The notes below the pieces were generated by a model, which did not search any database, was not told the DNA's origin, and was given only the letters and a program-made list of their open reading frames with translations. Source: a virus. From it: a stretch of 64,000 nucleotides of DNA. A program made the translations under genes and the position numbers. Positions 1 to 9,111 of this stretch are shown in pieces; positions within the stretch are counted from its first letter, which is position 1, and each line of letters opens with the position of its first letter. The DNA is taken from positions 32,001-96,000 of IMG/VR virus record IMGVR_UViG_3300032315_001604; one strand, given 5' to 3'.

Positions 1-57
1 CAGTGTAAGCTGGGCGACTCTGGCGTGATGAAGGTTCGAATCCTTCTAGGACTACCA
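1..57 (+). tRNA. 3' part of a tRNA (window truncates the 5' end); isotype undetermined, long variable region
   Basis: T-arm GAAGG-TTCGAAT-CCTTC (30-46), acceptor 3' strand TAGGACT, discriminator A, encoded CCA (55-57). Confidence 0.75.
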
Positions 58-104
58 TTTATATGTAGTTGTATATCCTCTGTATTTTTATAAGTAAATA
101 TAAT

Positions 105-1565
105 ATGTCCGAATTGGAAGACAGCATTATAGATTTATATAGAGAAGCATTAAATTCTAAAAATAATAACAAAGAAGATTTGATTAAAGAAGTATCAAAT
201 TCTGTCGAATTGTTAAAAAACGATATTGTTGTCGAACAAAAAGATTCCAACGATCCTCTGGAAAAATTTCTTTTTAAACTTACAGGTATTTTAAAAGAAA
301 ATAAAAAAAGTGAAGAACCTTCATTGATTGAAGAAATAACAGAAACATTTGAAATTCAAGAGGATACAACTGTTAAAAAAATAAAAGAAGAAAAAACCAA
401 AAATGTTTCTGAAGATATTGAAGAAAAAAACGATCCATTAGAAAATTTTCTTTTCAAACTCAATGATATTTTAGTCACAAAGAAAAACGAAACAGTTAAA
501 AACTCTGCTTTAAATTTAATTGAGCAATTAAAAAACAAAGAAGACGAACCTAAAAAAATAGAAATAGAACAAAAACCAAAAGAAGTTCCTTTACCTCCTC
601 AACCAGAATTGGGACAAGTTCCGAATGTTACACCACCGCTTGATGTTCTTAAAAAAAGAGCTAAACCCTTACCTAAAAAGAAAAACGATTATGTAAAAGA
701 ATTAGAAAGTGCAGACAAAGATTTACCAAAAATACCAAAAGAATCGGAACAGCAAAAAACAATAAAAGAAGAAGTTCAAAAACACATTAAAGAATTTTTA
801 GGCAAATACAGAAATGGTGTAGTTGCTGAAGGTGGTGGTGGTGATGGAAATTTTTCTACCGAATTTAAAAACGGTGGAACAATGAATGGAGATTTAAATG
901 TTTTAGGTCAATATCTCTCAGGTGGCGTTGATCTTGCAACTATTTTTAGTGGAGGTGGTGGGGGTTCCAGTGACAGATTAATAGCAGGATTACAACAATT
1001 AATTTTAAATTCAGATGGAACTTTAACATTTCCTGATGACACAATTCGCACATCTGATGGAAAACTTTTATCAATTGAAGCGGAAACTTTAGCACTATCA
1101 GCATTTACAAAAATAGCATTATCTGGAAATGCATTTTATGCATATGATTCAAATGGAAATGCAATAACATTTGATACTATAGATAACGAAATTGTTTTAA
1201 CAACACAAGGAACAAACAGTTGGACGTTTGGTGATGATGGAAAACTTTCAGGACCAAATAATATTTTAGAGATTAATGGAAATTTAAATACATCCAACAA
1301 AATACTTTCTGGTGGTGTAGATCTTGCAAATATATTTTTAACCCAAGTTGTTTCATCAACGTTTTTACCAAATGTTAGACAATTTGATTATGTACAAATT
1401 AATGAGAATAGTTATTCTTATTGTGGGAGCGCACCATACGGATCTTTAACTTCTGATAGTACATGGACTATTAAGCGTTTATTGTTTACAAGCGTGGGAA
1501 CATTTCTTTCTGGTGGTACAGTTTACAATTCTGTTTGGAATAATAGATATTCTTATAGTTACTAA
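105..1565 (+). CDS. Virion fibre/adhesin-like structural protein; start moved from 69 to ATG 105
   Basis: Charged N-terminal half with repeated NDPLE(K/N)FLFKL; Gly-rich beta-strand C-terminal half with repeated LSGGVDLA(T/N)IF; TAAGTAAATA directly before ATG 105. Confidence 0.55.
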   Translation: MSELEDSIIDLYREALNSKNNNKEDLIKEVSNSVELLKNDIVVEQKDSNDPLEKFLFKLTGILKENKKSEEPSLIEEITETFEIQEDTTVKKIKEEKTKNVSEDIEEKNDPLENFLFKLNDILVTKKNETVKNSALNLIEQLKNKEDEPKKIEIEQKPKEVPLPPQPELGQVPNVTPPLDVLKKRAKPLPKKKNDYVKELESADKDLPKIPKESEQQKTIKEEVQKHIKEFLGKYRNGVVAEGGGGDGNFSTEFKNGGTMNGDLNVLGQYLSGGVDLATIFSGGGGGSSDRLIAGLQQLILNSDGTLTFPDDTIRTSDGKLLSIEAETLALSAFTKIALSGNAFYAYDSNGNAITFDTIDNEIVLTTQGTNSWTFGDDGKLSGPNNILEINGNLNTSNKILSGGVDLANIFLTQVVSSTFLPNVRQFDYVQINENSYSYCGSAPYGSLTSDSTWTIKRLLFTSVGTFLSGGTVYNSVWNNRYSYSY

Positions 1566-1641
1566 ATATGGCAATTATCAATGCAGCAAACAATGGAAAT
1601 TGGTCAAATAGTAATACTTGGCCAAGCGGAATATTTCCTAC
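1565..1641 (+). repeat. 77-bp perfect direct repeat, copy 1 (copy 2 at 3441-3517)
   Basis: AATATGGCAATTATCAATGCAGCAAAC...GGAATATTTCCTAC is identical at both gene starts. Confidence 0.95.
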
Positions 1642-3442
1642 CGTTTTAGACGATGTATATGCAAACAATCGAACAATTTACATTGATCAAAATATATCAG
1701 TATATAGTCTCAATACTACAGCGGGTACTGGAGGAACGGCTGGTGGTAGGTTTTATGCAAATCAAGGTGATAGAATTATAAATGCAAATATAATTCAAGC
1801 AGGGACTACATATTGTGTCACAGTAACAGGAACAGGTACTAGAACAATTTCCTCACAATTCATAGAAGGATCTGACACTACAAATACTACTGCTGCTATT
1901 TTAATACAAGGGACATCTACAGCATTACCAAATGTTGTTACTTATGGGAGCGCAGTTGGTGGTTTGGCATCAGGCGGTGGTGCTACTAGTACACCATCAG
2001 CAATAACAATTGAAGGTGGTATTTTAACTCATTATGGGTTTGTTTCTGGTGGAGGTGGACAAGCAACTACAAGAAGTACTGGTATTAAAATATACCAAGC
2101 AGCAAGCAGTACAATACCAGTTTCGGCTATTATATATGGAAATGTTAAAGGTGGTACAAATCCAATATGTACTGGTATAACCTGTGAGTTTTCTCCTGCT
2201 GCTACGACACTTTCAAGTTGTTTGATTTCGATATATGGAAACCTTTCAGGTGGAGATAGTTTATTAACCGCAACAACAAATAATGCAGGTTTATATACCA
2301 ACACAACAATCCATACAGAAGTTTCAGGAAACATACACGGAGGATCTGGTTTTTCTTATACAAATGGTGGTATTGTTGGATTTGCTACAACAACCCTTGA
2401 TGTTAATATTGTTGGAAATGTTTATAATCATAATAGTTTTGGTTTTTGTCCAGGAATATCTTATTCAAGCACTTCGGGTAATATTAATATAACTGGAGAT
2501 GTTGTTTGTCTTGATTCATTTGGTGGCGTTCCTGCTACAAATAGTATTAATAGCTATGCAATTTATCAAAATGGTGGTACAGCTTTAAATATTCTTGGTA
2601 ATGTTTATGGTTGTCGAGGTCTTGTAGGTTTTGCTAATGGTGGAATTTATTTAGATTCAACTAATGTTACAAGTATAACAGGGAATGTTTATGGAGGAAA
2701 TACTGGTAACTCTTATGGGATTTATGTTGCGGACAGTCCGAATATAGTTAACATATATGGTAATGTTTATGGGAATACTGTAGGTAGAGGGGTTGGTGGT
2801 CATGGCATATATATTAATTCGGGAACAGCAAGAGTAAACATTTATGGATCTGCTATAGGTTCAGAAAATGACAATACATCTTGGGGAGTAAGAAATAACA
2901 GTACTGGTGTAGTATATGCCAAAAGAGTTGTAGCTAATTCATTTGGCGTGGGATCGGGAGGAGTGTCCGACAACCCAAATTATGGTGTTGGGAGTGATAG
3001 CATTAGTGGTAGAAATCTTGTTGAAGAGTTGGTTTTTGGACCAAGAGGACAAATACCTGTTTTTGGTCCTACTTATATTGTTAAAGAAACTACCAATAGT
3101 GCAACAATACAAACGTTTGATGTTACAAAATCAAACTTTTATCAAGAAAAAAAATTAGTAGATGATACAATAATCAATACATTTTTACCAAAAGTTTCGG
3201 ATGTAAGGTCAAATGTTGTTTATGATTCTTTAACAGGAACTATGATTGTTCCTGCTCCATCTTCGGTTAATTTTGAAATACCTGTAGACAATACACAAGG
3301 TACAGCATACCTAACACCAAACATTTTATGGAATACCCAAACAACAGAATTAACGAGTCTTTCGACAGTTATTGGTTACAGAATGAATAATATTGCAACA
3401 GTTGAAACGGTTGGAAATACGTTAGCATCTTATAATATATAA
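1568..3442 (+). CDS. Gly/Ser/Thr/Asn-rich beta-helix tail fibre or receptor-binding protein, paralogue 1
   Basis: Repeated I-x-G-N-V-x-G-G motifs; G8-like start NGNWSNSNTWPSGIFPT..DDVY; C-terminal module PKVSDVR...VPAPSSVNFEIPVDN shared with the next gene. Confidence 0.65.
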   Translation: MAIINAANNGNWSNSNTWPSGIFPTVLDDVYANNRTIYIDQNISVYSLNTTAGTGGTAGGRFYANQGDRIINANIIQAGTTYCVTVTGTGTRTISSQFIEGSDTTNTTAAILIQGTSTALPNVVTYGSAVGGLASGGGATSTPSAITIEGGILTHYGFVSGGGGQATTRSTGIKIYQAASSTIPVSAIIYGNVKGGTNPICTGITCEFSPAATTLSSCLISIYGNLSGGDSLLTATTNNAGLYTNTTIHTEVSGNIHGGSGFSYTNGGIVGFATTTLDVNIVGNVYNHNSFGFCPGISYSSTSGNINITGDVVCLDSFGGVPATNSINSYAIYQNGGTALNILGNVYGCRGLVGFANGGIYLDSTNVTSITGNVYGGNTGNSYGIYVADSPNIVNIYGNVYGNTVGRGVGGHGIYINSGTARVNIYGSAIGSENDNTSWGVRNNSTGVVYAKRVVANSFGVGSGGVSDNPNYGVGSDSISGRNLVEELVFGPRGQIPVFGPTYIVKETTNSATIQTFDVTKSNFYQEKKLVDDTIINTFLPKVSDVRSNVVYDSLTGTMIVPAPSSVNFEIPVDNTQGTAYLTPNILWNTQTTELTSLSTVIGYRMNNIATVETVGNTLASYNI

Positions 3443-3517
3443 TATGGCAATTATCAATGCAGCAAACAATGGAAATTGGTCAAATAGTAATACTTGGCCA
3501 AGCGGAATATTTCCTAC
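3441..3517 (+). repeat. 77-bp perfect direct repeat, copy 2
   Basis: Identical to 1565-1641. Confidence 0.95.
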
Positions 3518-5303
3518 TTCTAATGATGATGTTTATGCTAATACCAGAACTGTTTATATTGATCAAAATATAAATGTCAATAGTCTCAATACTACAGCAG
3601 GTACTGGCGGAACGGCTGGTGGTTTATTTTATAATACAGGCTCAATTTCTATAACAGCAGGTACAATTATGCCAGGAACAACAAACGTATTAACGTTAAC
3701 TGGAAATAATAATATTAATATTCAAAGTAGTTTAATTTCTGGTTCTTACACAACCACCAACACATGGGGTATAATTATGATAGGAGCTTCTCCCGCACCA
3801 ACCGTAACAATTAACAGCTATATTTCAGGGGGTAGTTTTGCGGGTACAACTGGAGGTATTAGACAAGAAGCGGGAAATTTAAACGTATCGGGAACTATAG
3901 TTGGAGGATCCGCAAACTCTACATGTCCCGCTATATACATTATCAATGTAGGAAACTATCCAGTTGTTTTTAATGGTGTTGGTAGTGTTGTAGGAAGTAG
4001 ACGTATACAGCTTGGAGCGGGGATCAACATCACATACGTAGGACAAGAATTTTCAAATAAAAACAGTTCTTTTACATTTACTGGTATTGTGTCTGGTTCT
4101 CCTCTAATTTCAGATCAAAACAACCAAACATCGGCTGCTATGCGTATTAATACAACAATACCTGTGTTTATAAATGGGGATGTTATAGGCGGTTCTGGTG
4201 GATTTTCTACATTCGGTGGTACTATTCAAAATTCAGGTCAAGCTGCTGTTTATATTGAAGGTAATTCGGTTGTAACTTTGAGTGGTAATGTTTATTCGGG
4301 AGTTGCTAATTTATCAGGAAGTTCTTTTGAATCTATTTATGTTCGAGGTCCATCACCCACTCTCAACATTATTGGAAATATTGTCAACGTAGAAACTTTA
4401 GGTACTGGAAATGGTTGTTTGGATTTTGGTAGTACAACGGGTTTTTTTAATCTTACTGGTAATATTATTTCAAGTTCTGGTACAAGAAATGTAGCAAGAG
4501 TTGTTGGAGTTGGTAATACAAATACTTTTACTATGTACGGAAATATTAGTGCAAATCGAAGTATAGGATTGACTATGGCAAATAATAGCACAGTAAATAT
4601 ATATGGTGATGTTTATGCGGGTAATACATCAGGTAGTGGTGGCACTGGATCAGCGGGTATAGTTATATCATCAGGTGCAAGAGGAAAACTTAATGTATAT
4701 GGTACGGTAAATTCAGGAAATGCCAACTTTTCACATGGAATTGGTTATGGTAGTAGTGTAGTAACCTCAATTTATGCTAAAAAATTAAAAGGTGGTGTAT
4801 ATGGTATTGGATCTGGTACAGGTACACCTTTGACATATGCAATTGGAGCGACACAAAACGTTGTTTCGTTGCCAACGATGAATATTGTATGCGAAGAATT
4901 AGAATTTGGAAGATATGGAGCACCACCAGTTTTATTAAATGTTTGTTTTGCTGATAAATCTTTTAATACTATTACTATGCCAGTTACAAGTACAACCGCA
5001 GAAATAAAAACATTAGTCGATCCCAATTTTAATAATATCATGCCATCGGTTTCTGATGTTCGTTTAGAAACAATTTATAGTGCAGGTAACTTAATAGGAA
5101 CTTGCAATATACCACCAATTGAAAATGTTGAATTTAAAGTACCAGTTGACAATAGCTATGGAATAGCCGCACTAACACCCCAATCGATTTGGAACACAAC
5201 TACTACACAATTAACTTCTTTATCGACAAGTATTGGTTATAGACTTAATAATGCTGCAACAGTTGAATCGGTGGGTCAGCAGGTAGCAGCATTTGGTGCA
5301 TAA
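3444..5303 (+). CDS. Gly/Ser/Thr/Asn-rich beta-helix tail fibre or receptor-binding protein, paralogue 2
   Basis: First 25 aa identical to paralogue 1; homologous C-terminal module PSVSDVR...IPPIENVEFKVPVDN; divergent middle. Confidence 0.65.
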   Translation: MAIINAANNGNWSNSNTWPSGIFPTSNDDVYANTRTVYIDQNINVNSLNTTAGTGGTAGGLFYNTGSISITAGTIMPGTTNVLTLTGNNNINIQSSLISGSYTTTNTWGIIMIGASPAPTVTINSYISGGSFAGTTGGIRQEAGNLNVSGTIVGGSANSTCPAIYIINVGNYPVVFNGVGSVVGSRRIQLGAGINITYVGQEFSNKNSSFTFTGIVSGSPLISDQNNQTSAAMRINTTIPVFINGDVIGGSGGFSTFGGTIQNSGQAAVYIEGNSVVTLSGNVYSGVANLSGSSFESIYVRGPSPTLNIIGNIVNVETLGTGNGCLDFGSTTGFFNLTGNIISSSGTRNVARVVGVGNTNTFTMYGNISANRSIGLTMANNSTVNIYGDVYAGNTSGSGGTGSAGIVISSGARGKLNVYGTVNSGNANFSHGIGYGSSVVTSIYAKKLKGGVYGIGSGTGTPLTYAIGATQNVVSLPTMNIVCEELEFGRYGAPPVLLNVCFADKSFNTITMPVTSTTAEIKTLVDPNFNNIMPSVSDVRLETIYSAGNLIGTCNIPPIENVEFKVPVDNSYGIAALTPQSIWNTTTTQLTSLSTSIGYRLNNAATVESVGQQVAAFGA

Positions 5304-5311
5304 ATAATTAT

Positions 5312-5497
5312 ATGGAAATTATAAGCGTAGAGGTTTTTATAACCAAACAATATATGTTTAAAAAAAATGATGTAAATTATAGTTGTCTTGTAGAAATAAA
5401 AAATAATCAAATAGCAAATATATCCATTACTTGCAGTAATGGATTAAACGTTGAACAAAATATTACAGAAGAAATTAAAAATTTAATATCTATTTAA
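5312..5497 (+). CDS. Small hypothetical protein
   Basis: 61-aa ORF preceded by TAAATA (5301-5306). Confidence 0.5.
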   Translation: MEIISVEVFITKQYMFKKNDVNYSCLVEIKNNQIANISITCSNGLNVEQNITEEIKNLISI

Positions 5498-5543
5498 ATT
5501 TTTTCTTGATGTTTTGTTTTTTTTATTATAATATATCAAGTAT

Positions 5544-5618
5544 GCACAGTTAGCTCAGTGGTAGAGCGGTACGTTTACACCGTATTGGTCGGGGGTTCGA
5601 ATCCCTCACTGTGTACCA
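5544..5618 (+). tRNA. trnV: tRNA-Val(TAC)
   Basis: Full cloverleaf: acceptor GCACAGT/ACTGTGT, anticodon arm GTACG-TTTACAC-CGTAT, T-loop TTCGAAT, encoded CCA. Confidence 0.95.
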
Positions 5619-5620
5619 TA

Positions 5621-5691
5621 GGGGGATTAGTTAAGTGGTATAACTCCTGATTTGCATTCAGGTGTCACCAGTTCGACTCTGGTATCCTCCA
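5621..5691 (+). tRNA. trnA: tRNA-Ala(TGC), CCA not encoded
   Basis: Acceptor GGGGGAT/ATCCTCC with G3:U70 and A73; anticodon arm CCTGA-TTTGCAT-TCAGG; T-loop TTCGACT. Confidence 0.92.
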
Positions 5692-5697
5692 TTTTTC

Positions 5698-5725
5698 TTG
5701 TTATATTTTAAAATTCTGTTAGAAT
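5698..5725 (+). promoter_or_regulatory. sigma70-type promoter; ATG 5732 lies 6 nt after the -10 box
   Basis: TTGTTA-16 nt-TAGAAT with extended TG. Confidence 0.55.
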
Positions 5726-5731
5726 CAAAAA

Positions 5732-5998
5732 ATGCAAACTTATATTACAGAATTTTTTGGAATTCTAATGATGCTTAGTTTTATGCTTTGTTATATTCCA
5801 CAAATTGTTAAAATATTCAAAAATCGATCATCAAATGATGTGTCATTAATGCTGATTTTGATGTCTATTGTTGGTTATATATCTGGTATGATTTATATGT
5901 TCTTAACAAGATTTGGAATTTGGTGGTTTATGAATTATTGTGTGGGATTGATCATGTGTAGCATTTTAGTCTATGCGTGGTTTAAATTTAAAAAATGA
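5732..5998 (+). CDS. SemiSWEET / PQ-loop family small membrane transporter
   Basis: 88 aa, three hydrophobic helices, YIPQIVKIFKNRSSNDVS PQ-loop signature. Confidence 0.8.
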   Translation: MQTYITEFFGILMMLSFMLCYIPQIVKIFKNRSSNDVSLMLILMSIVGYISGMIYMFLTRFGIWWFMNYCVGLIMCSILVYAWFKFKK

Positions 5999-6047
5999 AT
6001 AATATTTAATTTGCGTTTAAATTTTTTTCTGTTATATTTTAAATACT

Positions 6048-6350
6048 ATGATTAAAACTGTACAGAAAAAAGAAGAATATTTTATTGAATTCACAGATGA
6101 AGAAATGGATCAATTGGGATTTAAACCCAACACAAGATTCACAATAGAATTGAGTGAAGATAAAAGCAGTTTGAAATTAACTCCCCACGAAGAAATGGAA
6201 ATCGATTTGGATGAGTTTTCCAAAGAAGATTTAATTAATATTATTGTTGCTGCAAATAAAGCAGATATGACTTTTGAAGATTTTGTTGTTGACTCTTTGA
6301 CTAAATTCTGCGAAGCTCATAAGGACGAAGATGAAGGGTCTATTTTATAA
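6048..6350 (+). CDS. AbrB/MazE-like DNA-binding protein
   Basis: N-terminal FIEFTDEEMDQLGFKP..RFTIEL...LKLTP pattern resembles swapped-hairpin regulators. Confidence 0.5.
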   Translation: MIKTVQKKEEYFIEFTDEEMDQLGFKPNTRFTIELSEDKSSLKLTPHEEMEIDLDEFSKEDLINIIVAANKADMTFEDFVVDSLTKFCEAHKDEDEGSIL

Positions 6351-7014
6351 TAATGTTCGCCAAGAGGCAAGAAACCACGAAATTCTTTTTTGGGGTTGCT
6401 TGCATTGGCATCATAATCCAAAGTGGGATATTCCCATTTGGAAGCGTAGAGGGTTTGATTCTGTTGAAGAGCACGACGAAGCTATTGTTTTAAATTGGAA
6501 TAGTAAAGCATCGGATAAAACTATTGGTTTTCTTCTGGGCGACATCATGTTTGGTTATGGTGGAATGGAAGAATTCATGAAGCTTATGCGCCGTTTGAAG
6601 TTTCAACGCCTCTTTGTTATGTCTGGAAATCATACAGCAGGGTGGAAACAAGCATTTGAAAGTGTAAAAGACAATACAGTATATGTTGATGGATATCGCA
6701 GAGAAGTAATATTTGTTCCAAACTATTTGGAAGCATATATTAATGGTCAGCCTATTGTCATGTGCCACTATCCAATTTTGTCTTGGAACGGAGCAGGAAA
6801 AGGTTCGTGGATGCTTTTTAGTCATGTTCATGGTTCACTTGGAAATAGTGAATTAGGACGTATGTATTTGAAAGATGGAGGTTATAACTTGGAAGTTTCC
6901 GTTGAAGCAACAAAATTTCCTTTGACTTATGGAGAAATTGGTGCTATTATGAGAAATAAATCTAAATTTAAAACAGATCATCACGACGAAAATGCATCAA
7001 CACCATTTAGCTAA
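6331..7014 (+). CDS. Calcineurin-like metallophosphoesterase
   Basis: GCLHWHH (motif I variant), LLGD, GNH, CHYP and HVHG motifs. Confidence 0.8.
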   Translation: MKGLFYNNVRQEARNHEILFWGCLHWHHNPKWDIPIWKRRGFDSVEEHDEAIVLNWNSKASDKTIGFLLGDIMFGYGGMEEFMKLMRRLKFQRLFVMSGNHTAGWKQAFESVKDNTVYVDGYRREVIFVPNYLEAYINGQPIVMCHYPILSWNGAGKGSWMLFSHVHGSLGNSELGRMYLKDGGYNLEVSVEATKFPLTYGEIGAIMRNKSKFKTDHHDENASTPFS

Positions 7015-7249
7015 TATGATTTTTCATTTAGGAAAAACATCAATTTATATTGCTTACAAATTAAAATATTTGAGATTTTTTTGGTTTCCCAAATATTCTT
7101 ATTTTGATGGCGGTTCTTATTTTAAATTAAGCTTTTATTGGTTTTATTATTTGGTAGAATTTTCTCGACCAAAAAAAAATAAATGTGTCTATAAAAAAAT
7201 TTCTTTGAAAGAACTTGACAAAATTTTAAAGAAAGATATTATTAAATAA
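6992..7249 (+). CDS. Hypothetical protein, aromatic-rich
   Basis: ORF fills the gap between neighbours; start uncertain. Confidence 0.4.
   Translation: MHQHHLANMIFHLGKTSIYIAYKLKYLRFFWFPKYSYFDGGSYFKLSFYWFYYLVEFSRPKKNKCVYKKISLKELDKILKKDIIK
7215..7242 (+). promoter_or_regulatory. sigma70-type promoter upstream of 7250
   Basis: TTGACA-16 nt-TATTAT, ATG 7 nt downstream. Confidence 0.6.
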
Positions 7250-7744
7250 ATGAACAAAGAACTGGAACTTAAACTTGTTGAAAAATACCCTGTAATTTTA
7301 AAAGATTATGGTGGAGATATGAAACAAACCTGTATGCATTGGGGAATGGAATGTGGTGATGGGTGGTACGATCTTATTGATGAATTATTGGGAAAGCTTG
7401 ATTTAATCTCTAAAAACATGGGAGTTCAAGTAACTGCTGCTCAAATTAAACAAAAATTTGGAACTTTACGTTTTTATTATGATACAGTTATCACAAATGA
7501 TCTAAATGTGGATATGTGCGTTGAAGATATTATCCGAGATGTAGTTTCTACAACGGAATCAAGATCTGCACAAATTTGTGAAAAAACTGGAAAAGGGGGA
7601 ACATTATGCAGTCGAGTAGGTTGGTTAAAAACTCTCTGTAAAGACGAAGCAGACACAGAAGGGTTTACACCAGTAAATCCAGAACTTGCTAAGTATTGGG
7701 ATGAGACTGATAATGAACAATTATCTAATAAAGAAAATATTTAA
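7250..7744 (+). CDS. Conserved phage hypothetical protein
   Basis: ECGDGW...QIKQKFGTLRFY...CEKTG...GWLKTLC resembles the recurrent phage KEKFGxLRFY family. Confidence 0.65.
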   Translation: MNKELELKLVEKYPVILKDYGGDMKQTCMHWGMECGDGWYDLIDELLGKLDLISKNMGVQVTAAQIKQKFGTLRFYYDTVITNDLNVDMCVEDIIRDVVSTTESRSAQICEKTGKGGTLCSRVGWLKTLCKDEADTEGFTPVNPELAKYWDETDNEQLSNKENI

Positions 7745-7997
7745 AACATTATTATGTTTTTTATTATGCTCTTGCAGTGTTATTGAAGAAAAAAAATTCA
7801 AAGGAGAATTTAATTATACAAAAAAAGAACAAGATATGTCTAAAAATAAATTTGGCGTAGAATTTAAAAAAAGAATATATGAGACACGCGACAAAACAGA
7901 AATGTATTATATTGGTGGCAGCATTTATCATAACTATGATCTTTTCAGTAAGTCTTATCATATTAACGGCTTTACTCAACTAGGATTAGAATTTTAA
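7713..7997 (+). CDS. Predicted lipoprotein, beta-rich, C-terminal Phe; start moved from 7686
   Basis: KK + hydrophobic stretch + LLCSC lipobox; ends GFTQLGLEF. Confidence 0.5.
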   Translation: MNNYLIKKIFKTLLCFLLCSCSVIEEKKFKGEFNYTKKEQDMSKNKFGVEFKKRIYETRDKTEMYYIGGSIYHNYDLFSKSYHINGFTQLGLEF

Positions 7998-8008
7998 AGG
8001 AGAAATAT

Positions 8009-8632
8009 ATGGGATTATTTGATAATTTTTATTTTAAAACTTATAAATTAAAAAGAAACATTTTACCTAAAAACTTGGGTGAACTTTCTTTGAAAGAAAT
8101 TCAAGATGCTCAATATCAAACAAAAGACTTAGGAGAAACTTTTGTTGGTCATTTTTACTTAAAGAAAAAAGATGGTGTATATCGTCTTTTTAAACATGAT
8201 ATAGAATATAAATGGATTGAAGGGGATAAAAAAGCTAAATCTTTAATGGATCGTCTTGGTCACATGGAAGAAATATCTTCAAAAGAAATTTTAATCGATG
8301 ATATTGGAACCAATACTATCAATGTTTATAATTTCTTTTCCAAAGAAAATCATGATTATTGGGTAGAATTTGCTTTAGTATTTTTAGAAAATGAACTTTT
8401 AAAAATCGATCTTCATGAGTTTCGTGAAGAAAAAAATGATGATAAGAAAGTTTTTGATTTGGAATTCAACGAAAAAATGCGTAAATCTGTAGAGTTTTAT
8501 AAAACTCCTTTAGGAAAAATTATTCATCTTCTCCGAGAAATATATTTGAAAACTCTTTGGAGATTTCAAATTTTTATTGGAAATATTTTTATTAAAATTG
8601 GAAACGCAATTAAATTGTGGCGACTTCTATGA
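8009..8632 (+). CDS. Conserved phage hypothetical protein
   Basis: MGLFDN...LP...YQTKDL start seen in recurrent phage hypotheticals. Confidence 0.55.
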   Translation: MGLFDNFYFKTYKLKRNILPKNLGELSLKEIQDAQYQTKDLGETFVGHFYLKKKDGVYRLFKHDIEYKWIEGDKKAKSLMDRLGHMEEISSKEILIDDIGTNTINVYNFFSKENHDYWVEFALVFLENELLKIDLHEFREEKNDDKKVFDLEFNEKMRKSVEFYKTPLGKIIHLLREIYLKTLWRFQIFIGNIFIKIGNAIKLWRLL

Positions 8633-9111
8633 AATTTATAGAGATACTTTTACAAAATAGCACAGTCAAAGAAGCTAAACTTTATTCTGCTGCTAAAAAA
8701 GCGAGTTTAAAGCCTGATACAGGTGTTACCATTGTTAATCAAGCTGCTTATCATGTTATCAAAGATTGTGCAACAATTACATATCGATATCTTCCAATTT
8801 ATATTTGGGGCCAATATCAAGATCCGTTCCAAGCATTAAAAGGAAAATTTACAAAAAAAGACATTCAAGATTTTTTAACTGTCGCCAATTCTGATTTTGT
8901 TTATCATCAATTACTTTCGTTAATTTTAGATAAAATTGGTAAAGAATCAGAACCTCAAGAACAGAAACCAGTAGTTGCAAATTATGCATCAAGTGATGAT
9001 CCTTATGGAGATTATGGATCATCTGCATATGAAGAAGTTTCTCAAGCAACCACACAAATAAGCATATCTACTTTAGATTTACTTTGTGCTGAATTTGGTG
9101 TAACTAGTTAA
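8629..9111 (+). CDS. Hypothetical protein
   Basis: Long ORF; ATG 8629 overlaps the upstream stop. Confidence 0.55.
   Translation: MKFIEILLQNSTVKEAKLYSAAKKASLKPDTGVTIVNQAAYHVIKDCATITYRYLPIYIWGQYQDPFQALKGKFTKKDIQDFLTVANSDFVYHQLLSLILDKIGKESEPQEQKPVVANYASSDDPYGDYGSSAYEEVSQATTQISISTLDLLCAEFGVTS

Noticed and set aside
1565-5303. Diversity-generating retroelement TR/VR pair in the fibre genes
   Set aside because: The identical repeat is at the N-termini, C-terminal differences are not adenine-specific, and no reverse transcriptase is in the window
5621-5691. Possible mischarging tRNA: Cys anticodon (GCA) on an Ala acceptor stem with G3:U70
   Set aside because: The 7-nt loop TTTGCAT places TGC at positions 34-36, so this is an ordinary tRNA-Ala
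6048-7014. Type II toxin-antitoxin pair
   Set aside because: The downstream gene is a metallophosphoesterase, not a recognised toxin; kept only as a low-interest finding
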